A stretch of 64,000 nucleotides of DNA, taken from positions 2,816,001-2,880,000 of the forward strand of contig AP038806.1 in assembly GCA_047150005.1 (NCBI GenBank), read 5' to 3'. The notes under the pieces were generated by a model, which was not told the DNA's origin, searched no databases, and worked only from the letters and a program-made list of their open reading frames with translations. Each line of letters begins with the position of its first letter. The first letter of the stretch is position 1. Positions 48,616 through 58,250 of the stretch are shown one piece after another. A program made the translations under genes and the position numbers. This DNA comes from Nitrospira sp. Its GTDB lineage: Bacteria > Nitrospirota > Nitrospiria > Nitrospirales > Nitrospiraceae.

Positions 48616-50130
48616 ATGAAACTGCGACTTGACCTGAAGCTCAGCCAAAAGCTCATCATGACGCCGCAATTGCAGCAGGCAATCAAGCTGCTGCAATTGT
48701 CACGGCTGGAGCTGCAACAGAGTCTCGCTCAGCATTTGATGGACAATCCGCTGCTGGACGAGTTGCCGGCTGAGGCCGAGGAGAGTGAAGGAAGCTCTGC
48801 CAATGAACAGGTGGAGGATTCCCCCGCCGCGTCGAGCAGCTCCGACACGAGCGAGTCCGAGGAATCGACCCCCGAAGAGCGTGACACGCCTGATGAGGTG
48901 TCCGCGGCAGGCTGGGAGGAATACTTCCAGACAGACCGGCGGACAGGAAGCGGCGAGCGGCAGTCCTCATCGTCCGATGACTTTCCTTCCTATGAACAAA
49001 ACATGCGGAAGGCAACCTCCCTGGAGGACCATTTGCTTTGGCAGTTGTCCTTGTCCGGCTTGTCCGAACGGCAGAAGGCCATCGGACGATTGCTGATCGG
49101 CAATCTGGATGATGATGGCTATCTGCGCATGCCGCTGTCGGAAGTTGCCGGCGGAACCGAGTTTACCGAAGCGGAGGTGGAATCGGTTCTGAAGGACATC
49201 CAGACGTTTGATCCGACAGGGGTGGGCGCTCGTGACCTTTCCGAATGTCTTCTCTTACAATTGGGGCATCTTGGACGGAGTCCCATTGGATCGTTGGGAG
49301 CCCGTCCCGGGGCACTAAAGGGATCGATCGTCGAGGCCATCATCCTCCACCATCTCAAGGATCTCGAGAAGAAACAGTATGCGCGGGTGGCCAAGGCTCT
49401 GGATGTGACGGTGGAAGAGGTGTTACAGGCCACCAAAGTGATTGAAGGGCTTGAGCCGAAACCCGGCCGTCCCTTCGACAATACCCAGAATTATGTCATC
49501 GTTCCGGATGTGTTCGTGGTGAAGAACGAAGGGGAATGGGTTGTGTTGCTGAATGACGACGGACTGCCGCGAATGCGGATTAGCCCCTATTACAAACAGC
49601 TCATGGCTTCGGGACAAAGCGGCTCGTCGGAAACCAAAGCTTATCTGGACGAACGCCTCCGTGCCGCACAATGGGTGATTCGCAGTATCGAGCAGCGTAA
49701 CAAGACCATCGTGAAGGTGGTTTCCAGCATCGTCAAGTTCCAGGAGCAGTTCTTTGAGCATGGGGTGCAGTACCTGAAGCCGCTGGTGCTCAAGCAGGTT
49801 GCCGAGGACATCGGGATGCACGAATCGACCATCAGTAGGGTAACGGCGAATAAGTACATGTATTGTCCGCAAGGCATGCTGGAGCTTAAGTTTTTTTTCA
49901 ATGCAGGGCTGCAGCGTGCGGATCAACCAAGCGACATGTTGTCGTCTGTGACCGTGCGGGAAATGATCCGCAAAATGGTCGCAGCCGAGGATGCTCGTCA
50001 TCCGTTGAAAGATGAGGAGATCGCCGCGCGCCTCCGCGAACAGCAGGTGCTGATCGCGCGACGAACGGTTGCGAAGTACCGGGCCGAGGAGAACATTCCT
50101 CCCGCGACACAACGCAAGCAGTTTTTCTAG
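48616..50130 (+). CDS. rpoN: RNA polymerase sigma-54 factor
   Basis: TPQLQQAIKLLQL, HESTISR, RpoN box ARRTVAKYR; start ATG 48616 or GTG 48610. Confidence 0.98.
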   Translation: MKLRLDLKLSQKLIMTPQLQQAIKLLQLSRLELQQSLAQHLMDNPLLDELPAEAEESEGSSANEQVEDSPAASSSSDTSESEESTPEERDTPDEVSAAGWEEYFQTDRRTGSGERQSSSSDDFPSYEQNMRKATSLEDHLLWQLSLSGLSERQKAIGRLLIGNLDDDGYLRMPLSEVAGGTEFTEAEVESVLKDIQTFDPTGVGARDLSECLLLQLGHLGRSPIGSLGARPGALKGSIVEAIILHHLKDLEKKQYARVAKALDVTVEEVLQATKVIEGLEPKPGRPFDNTQNYVIVPDVFVVKNEGEWVVLLNDDGLPRMRISPYYKQLMASGQSGSSETKAYLDERLRAAQWVIRSIEQRNKTIVKVVSSIVKFQEQFFEHGVQYLKPLVLKQVAEDIGMHESTISRVTANKYMYCPQGMLELKFFFNAGLQRADQPSDMLSSVTVREMIRKMVAAEDARHPLKDEEIAARLREQQVLIARRTVAKYRAEENIPPATQRKQFF

Positions 50131-50135
50131 GCGGT

Positions 50136-50172
50136 GGGACATCGGACATCCTGTGCGGATGTCCGATGTCCC
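50136..50172. repeat. Inverted heptamer element F (GGACATC x2 / GATGTCC x2), 16-bp perfect hairpin
   Basis: GGGACATCGGACATCC-TGTGC-GGATGTCCGATGTCCC directly after the rpoN stop. Confidence 0.8.
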
Positions 50173-50286
50173 CATTCCGGCAGGCCGACGAACATCATGC
50201 CGCCTTTCGTTATGTGGCGCCTCGTGACCACCCACCCGGCACTCGCCATAATCGGTTAAGATGAATCACTCACTAGGAGCAGATGC

Positions 50287-50793
50287 ATGAAGATTACAGG
50301 CAGGCATTTGGCCATCACTCCCGCGCTCAGACGTCACATTCGCGACAAGTTCGAACGATTGGATCGGTACGGAGTACTGCTCGATCGAGTGGAGATCACG
50401 CTCGGCGTGAACAAGCTGCAGCATACGGCGGAGGCGCTCTGTTCGGTAGATAGAAAGCGATTTCAAGCCAAAACGTCGACCAGAGAAATGTACATGACAA
50501 TCGACCAATTGGCTGATCGGCTTGAAACACAGATTCGCAAGTACAAAGAACGGCGGACCGAGCACAAAGGGAGAACGTTTTCTGCGAAACGGTCACCATT
50601 CGTGACGCCAGATTCCGATGAACATGCGATCGAGGTGGTGCGGCCAAAGGTCTCGGTGCTGTCTCGCGCCGCGGCATCAAGGCGCCTGGACGAGCTGCCG
50701 GGTTCAATCATGGTGTTCACATGTGCTGATTCCGGGAAGCTGCAGATACTGAGAAGAGCTGCGAGCGGCAAGATCGTGCTCATCGATCCATAA
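50287..50793 (+). CDS. hpf: Ribosome hibernation promoting factor (long HPF/RaiA family)
   Basis: ITGRHLAITPALR, MYMTID...RLETQIRKYKER; C-terminal extension; follows rpoN. Confidence 0.9.
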   Translation: MKITGRHLAITPALRRHIRDKFERLDRYGVLLDRVEITLGVNKLQHTAEALCSVDRKRFQAKTSTREMYMTIDQLADRLETQIRKYKERRTEHKGRTFSAKRSPFVTPDSDEHAIEVVRPKVSVLSRAAASRRLDELPGSIMVFTCADSGKLQILRRAASGKIVLIDP

Positions 50794-50804
50794 GAGTGTC
50801 GGTA

Positions 50805-51668
50805 ATGGCTGGATTGAAGCTCGTGGTGATCAGCGGTCTTTCGGGCGCGGGAAAATCTCATGCACTGAAGTCGTTCGAGGACGTCGGGTACTTTTGCATC
50901 GACAATTTGCCTCCCGCTCTTCTTCCGCCGTTCGTCGAGTTATGCCATCAGCAAGGCGGGGAAATCAGAAACGTCGCTCTGGGCATTGATGTTCGCGAGC
51001 GCGTGTTCTTCACCGACCTGGTGGGAGTGCTGGATCGGGTGCGAGCCTTGGGACATTCCGTTGAGCTCCTGTTTCTCGAAGCTCGGGAAGAAGTCTTGGT
51101 CAGAAGGTTTTCCGAATCTCGAAGGCCGCATCCGCTACTTCCCGATCTGCCGGTGCTTGAGGGGGTCAGATTCGAAAAAGAGCGTCTCGCCGAGTTGCGG
51201 AGTCATGCGGATCGTATCATCGACACGTCCGATTTGACGGTCCACGAGTTGCGAGATCTGCTCGCGAGACAGTTTAGCCAGGACCGAGCTCCACGCCGTT
51301 TAACCATCTCCATCATCTCCTTCGGCTATAAGTTCGGCGTTCCCTATGATATCGATCTGTTGTTCGATGTCAGATTCTTGCGCAATCCGTTTTTTATTCC
51401 CGAACTTAAGCCATTGACCGGAGAGGATCCGAGGGTCAGGGCATTCGTTCTAGCGGATCCCGACGCGGTTGCCTTTATCAGCCATTTGGACCAACTGTTC
51501 AAATTTCTCATCCCACTTTTCGAGCGCGAACGTCGCAGTTACCTCAACGTTGCGATCGGTTGCACCGGTGGCAGGCATCGCTCCGTGTCCGTGGCCAAGC
51601 GGCTGCAGGAGAGCTTTGCAGGGTCAGGCTATCCGACCACCGTTGTCCATCGAGATTTGGGTAAGTAG
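50805..51668 (+). CDS. rapZ: RNase adapter RapZ / YvcJ P-loop nucleotide-binding protein
   Basis: SGLSGAGKS, DNLPP, SFGYKFG, FDVRFLRNP, IGCTGGRHRSV; start ATG 50805 or GTG 50796. Confidence 0.95.
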   Translation: MAGLKLVVISGLSGAGKSHALKSFEDVGYFCIDNLPPALLPPFVELCHQQGGEIRNVALGIDVRERVFFTDLVGVLDRVRALGHSVELLFLEAREEVLVRRFSESRRPHPLLPDLPVLEGVRFEKERLAELRSHADRIIDTSDLTVHELRDLLARQFSQDRAPRRLTISIISFGYKFGVPYDIDLLFDVRFLRNPFFIPELKPLTGEDPRVRAFVLADPDAVAFISHLDQLFKFLIPLFERERRSYLNVAIGCTGGRHRSVSVAKRLQESFAGSGYPTTVVHRDLGK

Positions 51669-51746
51669 CAACCCCCGCGTTAGTCCCCTCCCCGATTAAT
51701 TGCGTCCATTTCCTCGAAAAACCGGGTTATCATTTCTGTCGAGTTC

Positions 51747-51774
51747 TTGACAGGCAAGAGGCATGAACTATACT
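51747..51774 (+). promoter_or_regulatory. Putative sigma70 promoter of pilMNOPQ
   Basis: TTGACA, 16 nt, TATACT. Confidence 0.6.
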
Positions 51775-51909
51775 TGGCCTGTGCATCGTAATAATTTCCG
51801 CTGTGGCGGCGCGGTTTTGGTGCTGAGCGGTCGCCGATGATCCAGCGGTGCAAGAAATCGAGAAATGATTTTGTCGGCCGTGTGAAGTGAGATACAGTCT
51901 GAGGCGCGT

Positions 51910-53016
51910 ATGCTGAAGTCCCTTAAAAGTCTGGTAGAAACCGATATCTTTTCGATGCTCACGCCGAAGCGTCAGCTCGTGGGCTTGGATATCGGGTCAA
52001 GCGGCATCAAGCTTGTCCAGCTCAAAGAGCACCGCGGGCGTTATCTGTTGCAAAAATTCGGCATCAAGCCGCTTGAGCCTGAGGTCATCGTCGACGGGAC
52101 GGTTATGGACGAGGGACGCGTCGTCTCGGCGATCAAAGAACTGTTTGAGGAGTTGAAGGTTAAGGTCAAGCAGGTGGCCGTTTCCATTTCCGGCCATGCC
52201 GTTATCGTGAAAAAAATCAGTCTTCCCCCGATGCCGGACGACGAGCTCGAGGGCCAGGTCAGACTTGCGGCGGAGCAATATATTCCGTTCGATATCAACG
52301 AGGTGAACATCGATTTTCACGTGCTTCCCGCCTCGGAAGGCGAAGCGGATGAAGGCGAGATGTCCGTTATTCTCGTGGCGGCAAAGAAGGACAAGATCAA
52401 CGAGCTGACGGAATTGGTCAAGGGAGCGGGCTTGTTTCCCACGGTCATGGACGTCGATGCGTTCGCCATCGAAAACATGCATGCGATCAACTATCCCGTG
52501 TCCCAAGAAGACACGACGGCTCTGGTGAACATCGGAGCCAGCGTGATGAATATCAACATCGTCCGTGGCGGCGTCTCGGTGTTTACTCGCGATATTCCGA
52601 TCGGGGGGAATCGCTATACCGAGGCAATGCAACGGGAACTAGGCCTTTCGTATGAAGATGCGGAGGAAACGAAAAAAGGAGGCCGTTCTGCCGGCTCCAA
52701 TCAATCGGCCGTGACGGGGGTGATCGACAGCGTCAATGCCGAGGTAGCTTCAGAAATCGCACGCACGGTGGACTATTTCAAGTCCACGATGTCTGACGTC
52801 GAAGTCCAACATGTTCTGTTGTGCGGAGGAGGCGCTCAGGTGGCAGGTCTCGAGCAACAGTTGCGAGACCGTATGAACGCAATGGTGGAGATCGCCAATC
52901 CGTTCAGTGAAATCGATACGTCAGGATGCGACATGGATCAAACCACTCTCGCAGAGATGGCTCCGATTGCCGCGGTCGGGGTCGGTTTGGCTTTGAGATC
53001 GGCAGGGGATCGATGA
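51910..53016 (+). CDS. pilM: Type IV pilus assembly protein PilM
   Basis: GLDIGSSGIK actin-like motif, EQYIPF, VNIGAS, LCGGGA, VGLALR. Confidence 0.95.
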   Translation: MLKSLKSLVETDIFSMLTPKRQLVGLDIGSSGIKLVQLKEHRGRYLLQKFGIKPLEPEVIVDGTVMDEGRVVSAIKELFEELKVKVKQVAVSISGHAVIVKKISLPPMPDDELEGQVRLAAEQYIPFDINEVNIDFHVLPASEGEADEGEMSVILVAAKKDKINELTELVKGAGLFPTVMDVDAFAIENMHAINYPVSQEDTTALVNIGASVMNINIVRGGVSVFTRDIPIGGNRYTEAMQRELGLSYEDAEETKKGGRSAGSNQSAVTGVIDSVNAEVASEIARTVDYFKSTMSDVEVQHVLLCGGGAQVAGLEQQLRDRMNAMVEIANPFSEIDTSGCDMDQTTLAEMAPIAAVGVGLALRSAGDR

Positions 53017-53564
53017 TTCGTATCAACTTATTGCCAGGTCCGAAAGGACGAAAGGCAAAGCCGCAACATGATGTTCGTGCCCAAGCCATGCTTGGGGTTG
53101 GCCTTCTTATGATCACGATTGCAGGTTGCTGGTGGTACTCTGCGGCCTTGGATGAAGAATTGGAAGCCAGACAGACCGAAAAGAGCGACAAAACCAAACA
53201 GGTCGCATCACTGAACGAGCAGGTCAAGCAGGTTGCTGATTTCGAACAGCGCAAGCGGCATCTGGAAGACAAGAACCGTATTATTGACCAGTTGGAAAAA
53301 TCCCGTGTCGGCCCGGTGAAGGTGTTGGACCATGTCAGTCAGAGTCTCGACCCGCTCAAGCTCTGGCTGGTCCGTGTCGGCGTCAACGGACAGAACATCG
53401 ACTTGGAGGGACGGGCTCTGTCCAATGACGATGTGGTGGAGTTCGTCAACAACCTACGGCGCACGGATTATTTTACCAACATTGATCTTCAGGAGAGTCG
53501 TTCCGCTACGGAAAGTCAGCTGAGCGTCTATCAGTTCAAACTTGCGTTTCGGCTGAAGGGATAA
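53013..53564 (+). CDS. pilN: Type IV pilus assembly protein PilN
   Basis: Conserved IRINLLP N-terminus, TM, coiled coil. Confidence 0.93.
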   Translation: MIRINLLPGPKGRKAKPQHDVRAQAMLGVGLLMITIAGCWWYSAALDEELEARQTEKSDKTKQVASLNEQVKQVADFEQRKRHLEDKNRIIDQLEKSRVGPVKVLDHVSQSLDPLKLWLVRVGVNGQNIDLEGRALSNDDVVEFVNNLRRTDYFTNIDLQESRSATESQLSVYQFKLAFRLKG

Positions 53565-53568
53565 GCTG

Positions 53569-54192
53569 ATGACCTTGCCCGCGATCAACCTGGAAGTGCT
53601 GCGCACGGTTCCGCTGGCTCAGAAAATCGGATTGCTGGTGTTGACGCTGGCTGGAATCGTGGTGGGATTCTACTACTACATCGTGGAGCCGAAGACGACC
53701 GAGATCGTAGGACTCCAAGCGGAAATCAGCAAGCTCGACGGAGACATCCAAACTCTTTCAATCAAGGTTAAACACCTCGACGAATTGATCGCCGCCAACA
53801 AGCAGTTGGAAATCGAACTGGCCAAGAAGAAAGAGCGGCTCCCGCCCGAAGAGGAAGCGGTCATGCTGCTCAAACAGGTTTCCGATCTCGCAATCAGACT
53901 CGGACTTGACGTCAAGCTTTGGAAGCCGAGTGCGAAATCAGAAGATCCTTCGAAACTGTTTGTGCGGATGCCGGTGAACGTAGAGGTGGCTGGAGGGTAT
54001 CACACGGCGGCTCTTTTCTTTGACCGGATCAACAGTTTGCCCAGAATTGTGACTGTATCGGGGGTGAAGATGGGTAGCCCCAAGAGCGACAAGGGCCGTA
54101 TTGTCACACAGACGGTATTTGATTTGATCGCGTACGCCGCGCCTCAGGAACCCAAGGCGGCTGTGGTCGTGCCGGCAGCCCAGAGTAAGTGA
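53569..54192 (+). CDS. pilO: Type IV pilus assembly protein PilO
   Basis: TM plus coiled coil, LP.EEE, GGYH...FFD.I..LPRIV. Confidence 0.93.
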   Translation: MTLPAINLEVLRTVPLAQKIGLLVLTLAGIVVGFYYYIVEPKTTEIVGLQAEISKLDGDIQTLSIKVKHLDELIAANKQLEIELAKKKERLPPEEEAVMLLKQVSDLAIRLGLDVKLWKPSAKSEDPSKLFVRMPVNVEVAGGYHTAALFFDRINSLPRIVTVSGVKMGSPKSDKGRIVTQTVFDLIAYAAPQEPKAAVVVPAAQSK

Positions 54193-54214
54193 TGGCGGTT
54201 ATAACCACGGGAAG

Positions 54215-54823
54215 GTGATGCTCGTGTGGCACGTATCTAAGGCGACTGCGCTGTTGGCAGGCTGTTGCATTGCGGTTGTGTCCGCGGAGACCGCGCTGAG
54301 TCAACCTGGACTGATGCTCAATACGAAGCAGGTGGCGCCGATGCGGCAGGATTCTCTAAAGGTCCCGTCTTCCGCCGATATGGCGCGCCGGTCAACTGTG
54401 GATAACGTACCTCCTGTCTCAGAAGGTATTATGCCCCAGGCCGATGCCCAGCAAGCCTCCGTGCCGTTGTCATCCAACGGGTATGATCCTTCCGGTCGTC
54501 GCGACCCGTTCGCTCCGGTGCTTCAGCAGCTCGCGCCAGGCCAGATTGACCTTACACTTCCTCCTCTGCAGCGAGTGGGATTGACGGACATGAATCTGAT
54601 TGCCGTAGTTTGGGGAGCTTATGGGTATACGGCAATGGTCCAAATGCCTGACGGCAACGGCTATGCCGTGAGGAAGGGAACGAGGATCGGGCCAAACAAC
54701 GGTGTGGTCAGTGCCATCACTGAAAAGGGGATAGTGGTTCAGGAACGGTTCACCGATGTCTATGGGCGCAAGCAAGAGCGGGAGTATGTCAAGCTCCTCC
54801 ATCCGAAAGAGGGTTCAGAATGA
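54215..54823 (+). CDS. pilP: Type IV pilus assembly protein PilP
   Basis: YDPSGRRDPF, PLQR, YAVRKGTRIGPNNGVV; synteny. Confidence 0.88.
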   Translation: MMLVWHVSKATALLAGCCIAVVSAETALSQPGLMLNTKQVAPMRQDSLKVPSSADMARRSTVDNVPPVSEGIMPQADAQQASVPLSSNGYDPSGRRDPFAPVLQQLAPGQIDLTLPPLQRVGLTDMNLIAVVWGAYGYTAMVQMPDGNGYAVRKGTRIGPNNGVVSAITEKGIVVQERFTDVYGRKQEREYVKLLHPKEGSE

Positions 54824-56796
54824 CAACTAATGCGATCCACACAACCACGGTCGTTCGCATTCTTTCTGCGGTGGGGGCGGTCGGCCTCCAGCTGGCGATT
54901 CCGTCGCTGGGCATCCCGGCCGATCTCGGCAACAGTCAAACCAGTCCCAGTCTGTCAGCGGAATCCGCCTCGTCGGTCGATGCTCTGACGCATTCCATTG
55001 AGGTTCCCGCGCACAACTTGACGGCCATCGACATTCAGCGTGATCTCAAAGATGTCGCCGTCACAATTACCGGCGATGGACTGCTGTTCCATGAAGCCAA
55101 TCTCGTGAGCGGCCGTCGGCTTGTCATCGACGTGCCGAACGTGACATCGGCGATTCGAAAGCCGGTCTGGACCGTCAATCATTCCTTGCTTCGCCGAGTG
55201 CGTGTAGGAACCTACGCTGAGAAGGTCAGAATCGTTCTCGACATGAACGCTGATGCGAAATATTCCGTGCAACCTCGTGGCACCAGTTTGGTCGTGAGTT
55301 TGACGCACAGCACTGGTAGTCAGAATGAGGCAGCCGATCGTGGAGATCGTCCTGTGATTGCTCCAGTCAGCCGTGTCGAGGCGTTGGATGCAACCGCGGA
55401 ACCCATCGCCGAGCAGGGAGACTTCCGGAGGATACGGACCTCCAATCTTGAGCGGATCCCTGCGGTGTTTCGTGTTCGGCCTGCTCAAATGATGATCGGC
55501 GGAGAGACCGCTGAAAAACAGACACCTAAAGACGACCTGGTTCTTGGGGAAACGCGATATGTCGGTCGACGAATCTCACTGGACTTTCAGCAGGCCGACA
55601 TCAGCAATGTCCTTCGGTTGATCGCCGAAGTGAGCGGGTTTAACATCGTCGTGGGCGAGGGCGTCAAGAGCAAAGTCACCATGAAGTTGGTCAGCGTGCC
55701 TTGGGATCAAGCGCTCGACATGATTCTGAAGATGAACGGCTTGGGAAAGATCCGACAAGGAAACATTCTCTGGGTCGACTCCTTATCGAACATCGCCAGA
55801 CAGGAGGATGAAGAGGCTCGGGCGAAAGATGCAAAAATCAAGGCCGAAGAGCTTGTGGATCGTGTGTTCTATGTCCGGAATCTTCAGGCACAGGAACTCA
55901 TGACGGCGCTTCGCCAGAACTTGAGTGCGAGAGGTGTGATGCAGATCAGCCAGGGCACGAATGCCTTGGTCGTCAGGGACACCGAGAGCAAGATGAACGT
56001 GCTCAAGCAGCTGATCGACGGACTGGATCTCGCAGTTCCTCAAGTTCAGATCGAGGCACGCATCGTCCAGGCCGACACCACGTATTCGCGGTCTCTCGGC
56101 GTTCAGTGGGGCGTTCAAAATCTCAATTCTGGGCAATCGTTCGGAGTGGCCAACTTCAAATCAGGGACAACTGGTCCGTTTGGAGCTCAGGCGTCGGACT
56201 TTCTCGTCAATCTTCCCGCGACTGTCGGAGGTTTGGTTGCGACACCTGGTGCCGGATTCACGTTCGGAAAAGCGGATGGCGCGATGCTCGATGTGAGGCT
56301 TTCCGCGGGAGAACTGTTGGGGTTGAGCAAGGTCATCGCCGCGCCGAAGGTGACGACACTCGACAAACGTGAGGCCAAGATCTCTCAAGGCGAATCGATT
56401 CCGTTCCAAACGACATCGCTGCAAGGAACGCAGACGACATTCGTAGACGCAAATCTTGAGTTGAACGTCACACCGCAGATCACTTCGCGTGATCCGAAGG
56501 AGATCGGCAAGCAAATTCTGATGCGGGTGCGTGCAACGAGAAATGCCGTGGGTGCGCGAAGCAATCCCGCTGGTCCCAGCATTGATCGGCGCGAAGCGAA
56601 TACTCAGGTGATCATACGGGACGGAGAGACGATGGTTATCGGGGGAGTGTTCATCGACACCCAGAACAACACCGTGGCGGGAGTTCCGTACCTTTCACGC
56701 ATTCCCGTGCTCGGCTGGCTCTTCAAACAGAAGACGGAGTCTGTGGCCAAACAAGAATTGCTGATCTTCCTGACTCCGTCCATCGTCAAGACGTAA
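54820..56796 (+). CDS. pilQ: Type IV pilus secretin PilQ
   Basis: AMIN-like region, ISLDFQQAD, VPWDQALD, QVQIEARIV, IPVLGWLFK, ELLIFLTP. Confidence 0.95.
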   Translation: MTTNAIHTTTVVRILSAVGAVGLQLAIPSLGIPADLGNSQTSPSLSAESASSVDALTHSIEVPAHNLTAIDIQRDLKDVAVTITGDGLLFHEANLVSGRRLVIDVPNVTSAIRKPVWTVNHSLLRRVRVGTYAEKVRIVLDMNADAKYSVQPRGTSLVVSLTHSTGSQNEAADRGDRPVIAPVSRVEALDATAEPIAEQGDFRRIRTSNLERIPAVFRVRPAQMMIGGETAEKQTPKDDLVLGETRYVGRRISLDFQQADISNVLRLIAEVSGFNIVVGEGVKSKVTMKLVSVPWDQALDMILKMNGLGKIRQGNILWVDSLSNIARQEDEEARAKDAKIKAEELVDRVFYVRNLQAQELMTALRQNLSARGVMQISQGTNALVVRDTESKMNVLKQLIDGLDLAVPQVQIEARIVQADTTYSRSLGVQWGVQNLNSGQSFGVANFKSGTTGPFGAQASDFLVNLPATVGGLVATPGAGFTFGKADGAMLDVRLSAGELLGLSKVIAAPKVTTLDKREAKISQGESIPFQTTSLQGTQTTFVDANLELNVTPQITSRDPKEIGKQILMRVRATRNAVGARSNPAGPSIDRREANTQVIIRDGETMVIGGVFIDTQNNTVAGVPYLSRIPVLGWLFKQKTESVAKQELLIFLTPSIVKT

Positions 56797-57033
56797 CACG
56801 CTCATTGCCCGTCTTCACCTTCATTCTTGCGGAGGCTGAGCTGAGAGCAGCCGGCCTCCTCGGCATCCCCGCGTTCTCTCCAACAAGCCCATCGCTGTGT
56901 CAGCATTTGATTCCTTTGGAGAGATCCGACCTTTTACCCGCACACCGGTTGTGTTACTATCTCCTCTCTCATAAGCCATTGATATATCGTCTAAGATTTG
57001 GTCTGTCTTTTGAGTCATTCCGTGTCCTCATCC

Positions 57034-58224
57034 ATGACTTTTGCGGAGAAAATGCAGCTGAAGGGCTCCGACAAATCTGCTGGGTCAACGTCCTCAACTG
57101 AAAAGACCATCCGAGTCGATTTAGGAGAGCGAAGCTATGAGATCGCAGTCGAGCCAGGGCTGTTGTCCAGCGTTGGGACTCGTCTTGCGCGGCTCACGCA
57201 TGGCCGAAAAATGGGCATTGTCACTGACACCCATGTGGCTTCACGCTATCTTGCCGGACTGCGCCGTTCTCTCTCAAGAGAAGGACTGGAGCCGGTATCG
57301 ATCGTTCTCCCTCCAGGAGAGCGGACGAAGACCATGAAAATAGTCGGCACGGTGCTCGACGTGCTCGCTCGCCGCAAATTCGACCGTCACTCGATGTTGG
57401 TCGCGCTCGGCGGAGGAGTCATTGGCGACCTTACGGGTTTTGCCGCAGCGATCTATCTGAGGGGAATCCCCTTTGTGCAAGTTCCCACCACGCTAGTCGC
57501 GCAAGTGGATTCCAGCGTAGGCGGTAAGACCGGGGTGGATCACCGATTGGGGAAGAACCTGATCGGGGCCTTTCATCAACCACGCGCGGTTTTCATCGAC
57601 CCCGACACGCTGCGCACGCTGCCGCGGCGAGAATGGGTTGCCGGATTAGCGGAGGTCATCAAGTACGGTGTCATCGCGGATGAGGCGATGTTTTCCCGCC
57701 TGGAACGAACCATGCCCGCATTGTTGAAGGTGGACCCATCGGCCGTCATGCCGGTGATTGTTCGGTCGTGCGAAATCAAAGCGAAAGTCGTCGTCGAGGA
57801 TGAGAGGGAGACGGACCGACGAAGAACCCTGAATTACGGCCATACCATCGGACATGCCTTGGAGTCGTTGGGGGGCTATCGAGGATTGATCCACGGTGAA
57901 GCGGTCGGTATCGGATTGGTCCAGGAGGCAAGTGTGGCCTCGTTCATGGGATTGTGCAGTGAGGATGTCGTGGACCGCATCACGTCTCTCGTGCGGCTTG
58001 CTGGGCTTGCCGATCGCATGGAGAATGTTTCCCTGCCGAGGCTATGGGCAGCCATGCTTCATGACAAGAAGGCTGTGGCAGGCCAAGTCATTGGAGTGTG
58101 GCCCGTGCGAATCGGTGAGACCGTGATCAAGCCGGTCAGCAAAGAAGTCTTCGCGGATTGGTACAAGAAGCGAGTCAAGAATACGAAGAACCCCGGTGCT
58201 CGGAATCAGCAGGTTTCTCTCTAA
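57034..58224 (+). CDS. aroB: 3-dehydroquinate synthase
   Basis: ALGGGVIGDL, PTTLVAQVDSSVGGKTG, LNYGHTIGHALE, HGEAV, DKK; start ATG 57034 or 57052. Confidence 0.96.
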   Translation: MTFAEKMQLKGSDKSAGSTSSTEKTIRVDLGERSYEIAVEPGLLSSVGTRLARLTHGRKMGIVTDTHVASRYLAGLRRSLSREGLEPVSIVLPPGERTKTMKIVGTVLDVLARRKFDRHSMLVALGGGVIGDLTGFAAAIYLRGIPFVQVPTTLVAQVDSSVGGKTGVDHRLGKNLIGAFHQPRAVFIDPDTLRTLPRREWVAGLAEVIKYGVIADEAMFSRLERTMPALLKVDPSAVMPVIVRSCEIKAKVVVEDERETDRRRTLNYGHTIGHALESLGGYRGLIHGEAVGIGLVQEASVASFMGLCSEDVVDRITSLVRLAGLADRMENVSLPRLWAAMLHDKKAVAGQVIGVWPVRIGETVIKPVSKEVFADWYKKRVKNTKNPGARNQQVSL

Positions 58225-58250
58225 GTAGACACCAACGAAAGCACTTACTC

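Noticed and set aside
50200..50286. sigma54 promoter in front of hpf
   Set aside because: No correctly spaced GG-N10-GC with TGGCAC/TTGC context
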